In this document: positions 59,214-64,000 of the stretch, in pieces
How positions within the stretch are numbered: position 1 is the first letter of the stretch
Layout: each line of letters begins with the position of its first letter
From: a virus
IMG/VR virus record: IMGVR_UViG_3300027704_000008
Coordinates: 32,001 to 96,000 of that record
DNA: 64,000 bases
Reading direction: 5' to 3' (one strand)
Notes under the pieces: model-generated
Database searches by the model: none
What the model saw: only the letters and a program-made list of their open reading frames with translations
What the model was told of the DNA's origin: nothing
Program-made: the position numbers and the translations under genes

Positions 59214-60116
59214 ATGATGAAAACTTTTAAGTATAGCGAAACATTCTTTTCAGCTCAAGGGGAGGGTCAGTTTACTGGCCGGCCATCTCTGTGGATTAGG
59301 TTCTATCTATGCAACTTACAGTGTGATGGGTTTGGTCAGGACGATCCGACTAACCCCGACAGCTGGGAATTGCCTTATAACGACCTCGACCTCAAGGATA
59401 TTACGACTGTCGAGGAGTTGCCTGTATTTTCTAAAGGCTGCGATAGCTCATATACCTGGTCAAAGAAGTACCGGCATCTAATGAAAGATAAGACGGCATC
59501 AGACATTGTGGATGAGCTAGAAGCTCTTCTTCCCCATGGACTGTTTGTCAATCCCGATACCAAGCAAGATGTTCATATGGTATTCACGGGTGGCGAGCCA
59601 ATGATGAAACATAATCAGGAAGCTATGTGCGCCATTATCAAGGAGTTTGCCAAGCGCAAGAATCTACCCAGCAACGTGACGGTTGAGACCAATGGAACGC
59701 AGAACATTGAAGTGTCGGGTAAACTAGCTGTATCGTGTGTTCAAAGAAATCTTAAGAATGGTAGTTGGGGAAAATGGTTCTGGAGTGTGTCACCTAAGTT
59801 GTGGAGCACTGCCGGAGAAAAGGTGGCGCGCGCTATTAAGCCTGGAGTAGTAGCAGGGTATGCGGCCGAGTCAAAATTAGGTCAACTAAAGTATGTTGTG
59901 AACGGATCGTCTGCTAGTTGGGACGAGGTGAAGGAACACACAGCTTTGTACAGGTTAAATGGAGTTGGATGGGATGTGTGGATAATGGGCGTTGGTGGTA
60001 CGGTTGAAGGTCTCAAATTAACCGAAGCTGATATAGCGGACGAGTCCATTCAACTAGGATATAGTTATACAACACGAGCTCACTGTCACATATATGGGAA
60101 TGCTATAGGAAAATGA
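59214..60116 (+). CDS. queE: QueE 7-carboxy-7-deazaguanine synthase (radical SAM)
   Basis: E.F.S.QGEG...G.P....R..CNL.C, GCDS.Y.W, FTGGEP, ETNGT, VSPK, R.H...GN. Confidence 0.9.
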   Translation: MMKTFKYSETFFSAQGEGQFTGRPSLWIRFYLCNLQCDGFGQDDPTNPDSWELPYNDLDLKDITTVEELPVFSKGCDSSYTWSKKYRHLMKDKTASDIVDELEALLPHGLFVNPDTKQDVHMVFTGGEPMMKHNQEAMCAIIKEFAKRKNLPSNVTVETNGTQNIEVSGKLAVSCVQRNLKNGSWGKWFWSVSPKLWSTAGEKVARAIKPGVVAGYAAESKLGQLKYVVNGSSASWDEVKEHTALYRLNGVGWDVWIMGVGGTVEGLKLTEADIADESIQLGYSYTTRAHCHIYGNAIGK

Positions 60117-60589
60117 TATTCACTAAAGATAAAATAACTTTGTCCTGGGATTGCGTTGATTCATTATGCTTAACCTTGACTGATAATCTAGTGACGTGTC
60201 CTGATACTGGTCTGCCCAGAGACGATGTTCATATTGTTGGAATCGCCCGCGGTGGATTGATTCCAGCAACTATATTGAGCCATCTAACTGGATTCCGCAT
60301 GACTCCAGTGCACCATAGTAATCGGGATGATGACATCTCTGGCGTGTTTCCTAAGGAGCTGGAAGAGATGTTGCTTCATGGCGATACAACCATTGTATTT
60401 GTTGATGATATATGTGATACTGGTAAGACAAATTTAGAAGTGATTGACCTTGTTACTAAGTTTCGACCCTCATTAGAGAGCGTTGAGTTTGTATGTTTGG
60501 TTGAGAAGTATCTGTCACATTTCACTTGCAATGCTGCAGGATTGACGGTATGTGATAATAGATGGGTTGTGTTCCCATGGGAGGTTTAA
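60113..60589 (+). CDS. type I purine phosphoribosyltransferase (Gpt-like)
   Basis: VGIARGGLIPA..LSH, PRPP loop VFVDDICDTGKT, W.VFPWE end. Confidence 0.88.
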   Translation: MIFTKDKITLSWDCVDSLCLTLTDNLVTCPDTGLPRDDVHIVGIARGGLIPATILSHLTGFRMTPVHHSNRDDDISGVFPKELEEMLLHGDTTIVFVDDICDTGKTNLEVIDLVTKFRPSLESVEFVCLVEKYLSHFTCNAAGLTVCDNRWVVFPWEV

Positions 60590-61284
60590 TGAAGAAAAAA
60601 AATATGACTAAAGTGAGAGAGATAACCGAACGTCTTGAGGATCGTGGGGTTAGGTATTGGGCTGGCGATAATATCAGCTCTGTGTTAGAAGATGGAGACA
60701 TCGACGATCTTATTAGTGAAACGGCTATAGCTTTCGAGGATGTCCTCAAGAGCCTGCTGATTGATACAAATAACGATCCCAATAGCATGGACACTGCCAA
60801 GCGATTGGCTAAGATGTACTACAACGAGATCATGGTGGGGCGTTATACTCCAGCGCCCCGAGTAGCAGCGTTCCCAAATGTAGACAAGAAGACTGCTTAT
60901 CATGGTATGATTACTGTTCGAGCAGAGCTCAAGTCTGTCTGTTCACATCACCACCAGCCAGTAACAGGTGTAGCGTATATTGGTCTGATTCCAAAGGCAG
61001 AAGTGATTGGCTTGAGCAAGTATGCCCGCATTGCTCAACATTGCGCTCGGCGAGGAACATTACAAGAAGAGCTATGTCGCCAGATTGCTGAAGAGATTAT
61101 GGAGGCAACTGGATCAGAGGACGTTGGCGTTTATATTCAAGCAACTCATGGATGTATGGAAAACAGAGGGGTTTGTGCGCACAGCTCATTAACTCAGACC
61201 ACGGTCCTCCATGGACAGTTTTACTCGGCTGCTATTAAGGAGGAGTTCTACAACAACATAAAGTTACAGACCATGGGATCCTAA
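60589..61284 (+). CDS. folE: GTP cyclohydrolase I
   Basis: T.KR.AKMY, S.CSHH..P..G...IG, GLSK..R, LQE.L, H.CM..RG. Confidence 0.95.
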   Translation: MKKKNMTKVREITERLEDRGVRYWAGDNISSVLEDGDIDDLISETAIAFEDVLKSLLIDTNNDPNSMDTAKRLAKMYYNEIMVGRYTPAPRVAAFPNVDKKTAYHGMITVRAELKSVCSHHHQPVTGVAYIGLIPKAEVIGLSKYARIAQHCARRGTLQEELCRQIAEEIMEATGSEDVGVYIQATHGCMENRGVCAHSSLTQTTVLHGQFYSAAIKEEFYNNIKLQTMGS

Positions 61285-61323
61285 TGAATATGTTCACCTT
61301 GATATGGCGTACCCCACTCCTAT

Positions 61324-61347
61324 CCCGCTGATTTTAGCGGGTTTTTT
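61324..61347 (+). terminator. intrinsic terminator after folE
   Basis: CCCGCTG-ATTT-TAGCGGG-TTTTTT. Confidence 0.8.
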
Positions 61348-61353
61348 ATAGCT

Positions 61354-61383
61354 GTTGACTTCATCTCGTAATAGCTCTATAAT
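61354..61383 (+). promoter_or_regulatory. sigma70-type early promoter for the accessory operon
   Basis: GTTGACT-17 nt-TATAAT. Confidence 0.82.
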
Positions 61384-61417
61384 GTCTCCATTGAATGAAG
61401 AAACAGAGGAGAACCGT

Positions 61418-61594
61418 ATGATGATATCTGCTTATGGTGGAATGACAGAGTGGGAGGTGTTTGCCGCGGGGTCACAGTACTTGGAATATGATCCACCCAA
61501 CTGGGATGGTTTGATAAAATATCTACGAGAAGTGGGTTGTACATCAAGTGAAATATTTGAGATATGTACAAAGTTTCGCAATGGCGAGCTATGA
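61418..61594 (+). CDS. hypothetical protein
   Basis: GAGGAG SD before ATG 61418. Confidence 0.6.
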   Translation: MMISAYGGMTEWEVFAAGSQYLEYDPPNWDGLIKYLREVGCTSSEIFEICTKFRNGEL

Positions 61595-62145
61595 AAAAGA
61601 TTAATTACATACGTGAGCACGAGCTTGGATTTTTCAATATATATAATCCTGACTACGAATGTTTAGGTATGATGACAGATGGCCTCGCGGTGTTTGTGTA
61701 TAAGGAGGAGGATAGCTATCAGCAGTTCGAAGTTATAGATGTCGCCCGCCCGTTTAAAAATGACCTCACTCAAATGCGCAGAGTATTCGAGCTTGAGGTA
61801 ACACTGTCTGAGTGCAACGCTTGGATTGTAACGATGTCTCGCATCGATAGGGAATATAGAGGCCACGGACTGGCTCCTCACATATATAGATGGTTGCTGC
61901 AGAAGACTGATATGATATTGCAGGCAGGAGATGAGCAGTCAGCTGGAGGGCGTTCTATATGGCACGGGCTAGCCGGAATGGATGACGTGTTGGTATACGG
62001 CAAGACTCATGCTATCGAACTAACTCGTTGTGAGCAAGACGATATTGAAAAAGAAATAGTTGCATGTGATGGGACCGATGTATACAATGGTGTAGATTAC
62101 TTTACAGCTTTTGCGTGTTACAGTCCTCAGAGGAAGCGAGCATGA
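61591..62145 (+). CDS. GNAT-fold acyltransferase-like protein
   Basis: CoA-binding motif IDREYRGHGLA..IY, followed by QS.GG..IW. Confidence 0.7.
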   Translation: MKKINYIREHELGFFNIYNPDYECLGMMTDGLAVFVYKEEDSYQQFEVIDVARPFKNDLTQMRRVFELEVTLSECNAWIVTMSRIDREYRGHGLAPHIYRWLLQKTDMILQAGDEQSAGGRSIWHGLAGMDDVLVYGKTHAIELTRCEQDDIEKEIVACDGTDVYNGVDYFTAFACYSPQRKRA

Positions 62146-62318
62146 AGACAAAAGAGTATCAACCAGGATCCAGGGTTCAGATTAAGATCAATGATGAGTG
62201 GGTAACAGGAATAGTTGACGATAACTTATCAATACAATATTTTATTACCCTCGATAACTCTCGTGGATCGGCATATATATTTAAACATCAAACCGATATT
62301 ATTAGGGAAGTTCAATAA
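62142..62318 (+). CDS. small hypothetical protein (SH3/KOW-like pattern)
   Basis: G.RV.......W.TG.V........Y.I.LD; coupled start. Confidence 0.55.
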   Translation: MKTKEYQPGSRVQIKINDEWVTGIVDDNLSIQYFITLDNSRGSAYIFKHQTDIIREVQ

Positions 62319-62503
62319 TGAAAGGTCTACTGATAACAAGTTGTGGCGACAGCATGCGTTGGTATGCTGACAAAGTCGGCGAAGTGGTTCCGTTGCTAGG
62401 TGTAGAGCGCACAGAATACAAGTCTCGTGAAGATGCCGGATACATTAACTTTGTGCAAGTGACCGATGCTGAGATAGTTGAAATCCCTCCCCCCGAGCAT
62501 TAA
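62318..62503 (+). CDS. hypothetical protein
   Basis: 61 aa, TAATG coupling. Confidence 0.65.
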   Translation: MKGLLITSCGDSMRWYADKVGEVVPLLGVERTEYKSREDAGYINFVQVTDAEIVEIPPPEH

Positions 62504-62509
62504 AAAGTT

Positions 62510-62806
62510 GTGAAAAGAGAAATACATACAATGGAAGATTGGGACAACCTTATTATGGAAAAGGCTGATGAACGTATAATGATAGCTAAAAAATTAATTG
62601 AAGAAATATTAGATCAGTCATTATTGGATGATGGAATTGATAGTTTCGACGAAATGGATTCATTATCTAGGTTGACAACTATTATGGACCTGGAGGATGC
62701 CCTCGACATTAGTATCCCAATCAATGACGTTGATACCATAACATGCCGGGACGAGTTTGTTTCCAAAGTAATTGTGATGTCTGGTTTGTCTGGATCCGCG
62801 GCATGA
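62510..62806 (+). CDS. acyl carrier protein-like
   Basis: Acidic; MDSL....IM.LED.L.I.IP......I.....V matches the ACP helix II-IV pattern with the phosphopantetheine Ser. Confidence 0.65.
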   Translation: MKREIHTMEDWDNLIMEKADERIMIAKKLIEEILDQSLLDDGIDSFDEMDSLSRLTTIMDLEDALDISIPINDVDTITCRDEFVSKVIVMSGLSGSAA

Positions 62807-63042
62807 CACTGGAGGACGCTATTCGTGTCGTACTGGAGCAAGGTATATATGGTGCCAATACCATCTTCCCCCGAACACAGAGAGATGATAATTTATCACT
62901 TGAACAAATGCGGCTGATTGAAGCAATCGGTGTATTGAAGGAGCATGTAAATAATGAAAACGATGACCGCAGGGATGATGATGTCCGCGGGGGAGCCTAT
63001 CGCGGCACCGTCGTTCTTGGTGCTGAGCGACATCCACAATGA
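62803..63042 (+). CDS. possible hypothetical protein overlapping the phosphoesterase start
   Basis: ATG 62803 overlaps the ACP stop; 3' end overlaps the next ORF by 89 nt. Confidence 0.4.
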   Translation: MTLEDAIRVVLEQGIYGANTIFPRTQRDDNLSLEQMRLIEAIGVLKEHVNNENDDRRDDDVRGGAYRGTVVLGAERHPQ

Positions 63043-63742
63043 GCACAAGCAGTTTGCTGCAGCGCACTCATACGCATCAGCCAACAACCTACATATTATT
63101 AGCGTGGGCGATGTGGTTGACTACGGCACAAATGCTGCCTCTACCATTACCCTCTCCAACATGCTACTACAACGTAGGGAAGCAACGTTCATAGAAGGTA
63201 ACCACGACAATAAAATATACAGATATCTTAAAGGGAACGATATTAAAGTGTCGTATGGTATGGCCCCTACAGTTGAGGCGCTTCGTGATGACACTATCAA
63301 GAATTCCTTTATCAACTTATACGACCATATGATGACTCATGTTGTTATAGGAAATACCCATATAACTCATGGAGCTTTCACGTCCTCATACTGGACAGAT
63401 GGTCCTGTTGGTAAAAAGTTTAACAGGTCGAGGTTATATGGAGAAGTGGATCCTGATAAGCCCACCATCCAATATAATGGTTTCAACTATCCGGCAAGGA
63501 CATACGATTGGGTTAACGATATACCTAAAGGTAAGACGGTTATTGTCGGACACGACATGAGTCCATTCAGTAGCGGCCACGACAACATAGATGGTGTGTT
63601 AACCACAGTGAACGCTCAAGGCGGCACGTCCATATTCACAGACACTGGGAGCGGTAAAGGTGGTTTTATCAGTGGTGTTGTAATCAATCGGAATGGGGAC
63701 GTGTTGGAAACTGTTAAGTTTAAAGATTGGAGCGATGGTTGA
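62954..63742 (+). CDS. calcineurin-like metallophosphoesterase (PPP/PrpE/ApaH-like)
   Basis: SDIH, GDVVDYG, GNHD, HG, GH, DTG motifs. Confidence 0.88.
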   Translation: MKTMTAGMMMSAGEPIAAPSFLVLSDIHNEHKQFAAAHSYASANNLHIISVGDVVDYGTNAASTITLSNMLLQRREATFIEGNHDNKIYRYLKGNDIKVSYGMAPTVEALRDDTIKNSFINLYDHMMTHVVIGNTHITHGAFTSSYWTDGPVGKKFNRSRLYGEVDPDKPTIQYNGFNYPARTYDWVNDIPKGKTVIVGHDMSPFSSGHDNIDGVLTTVNAQGGTSIFTDTGSGKGGFISGVVINRNGDVLETVKFKDWSDG

Positions 63743-63991
63743 ATGGATAGATTTATGATTACCTTTGGGGTTGGCCATAAAAGTAATTCTGGGGAAAACT
63801 TACAGCACGCCTATGTGATAATAGAGGCTAAGGATGACGAAGGTGCCCGCAGGCAAGCGTTCAATCTTAGGGGAGACCGTTGGTCAAACATCTACGCACT
63901 TCACTCATTGCAGTTTCTGGCTAAGAAGTGGAACCTAACTCAACTACAGCTGGACCAGGTGCAGCTAAGCGATAAGGAGCTGCAACGATGA
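63743..63991 (+). CDS. hypothetical protein
   Basis: F.ITFG..H, YV.I.A.D...AR......G..WS..Y pattern. Confidence 0.65.
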   Translation: MDRFMITFGVGHKSNSGENLQHAYVIIEAKDDEGARRQAFNLRGDRWSNIYALHSLQFLAKKWNLTQLQLDQVQLSDKELQR

Positions 63992-64000
63992 GCGGTTGGT

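Noticed and set aside
1-64000. Stop-codon reassignment, tRNA genes or CRISPR array
   Set aside because: Core genes are full length in the standard code with TAA, TAG and TGA all used as stops; intergenic gaps show no cloverleaf or spaced direct repeats by eye

Overview
64 kb of a T4-like (Straboviridae/Kyanoviridae-style, probably aquatic) myophage genome; no host DNA, rRNA, tRNA, CRISPR array, intron, intein or transposase was recognised. Left to right: a leftward baseplate-hub block (gp51, gp26, gp54-like, gp2, gp4); the rightward baseplate, tail-fibre, neck, terminase, sheath, tube and head module (gp48 to gp23) with T4-type late promoters (TATAAATA); a stand-alone TorF/Gcw_chp-family outer-membrane protein gene; the replication, recombination and late-transcription module (gp3, uvsY, uvsW, gp55, gp47/46, gp45/44/62, regA, hsp20, gp43, prim-pol, dCMP deaminase, uvsX, gp40, gp41) with sigma70-type promoters (GTTGAC[T/A]-N17-TATAAT); a 7-deazaguanine precursor cluster (queD, queE, PRTase, folE); and an early accessory operon (GNAT, ACP-like protein, metallophosphoesterase). 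The most notable observations are: (1) a D-S-[A/D] tripeptide recurring across many unrelated outer virion proteins, which suggests a virion-wide modification or ligand-binding signal; (2) a T-TTT-TTC -1 slippery site that would fuse gp26 to a start-less gp51, as in lambda G/GT; (3) a PRTase embedded in a deazaguanine cluster with no queC or dpdA in the window; (4) a ROSE-type RNA thermometer on hsp20; (5) an antisense sigma70 promoter facing the operon that carries gp55; (6) an AUA start for gp47. All product calls come from motif recognition and T4-like synteny, not database searches.
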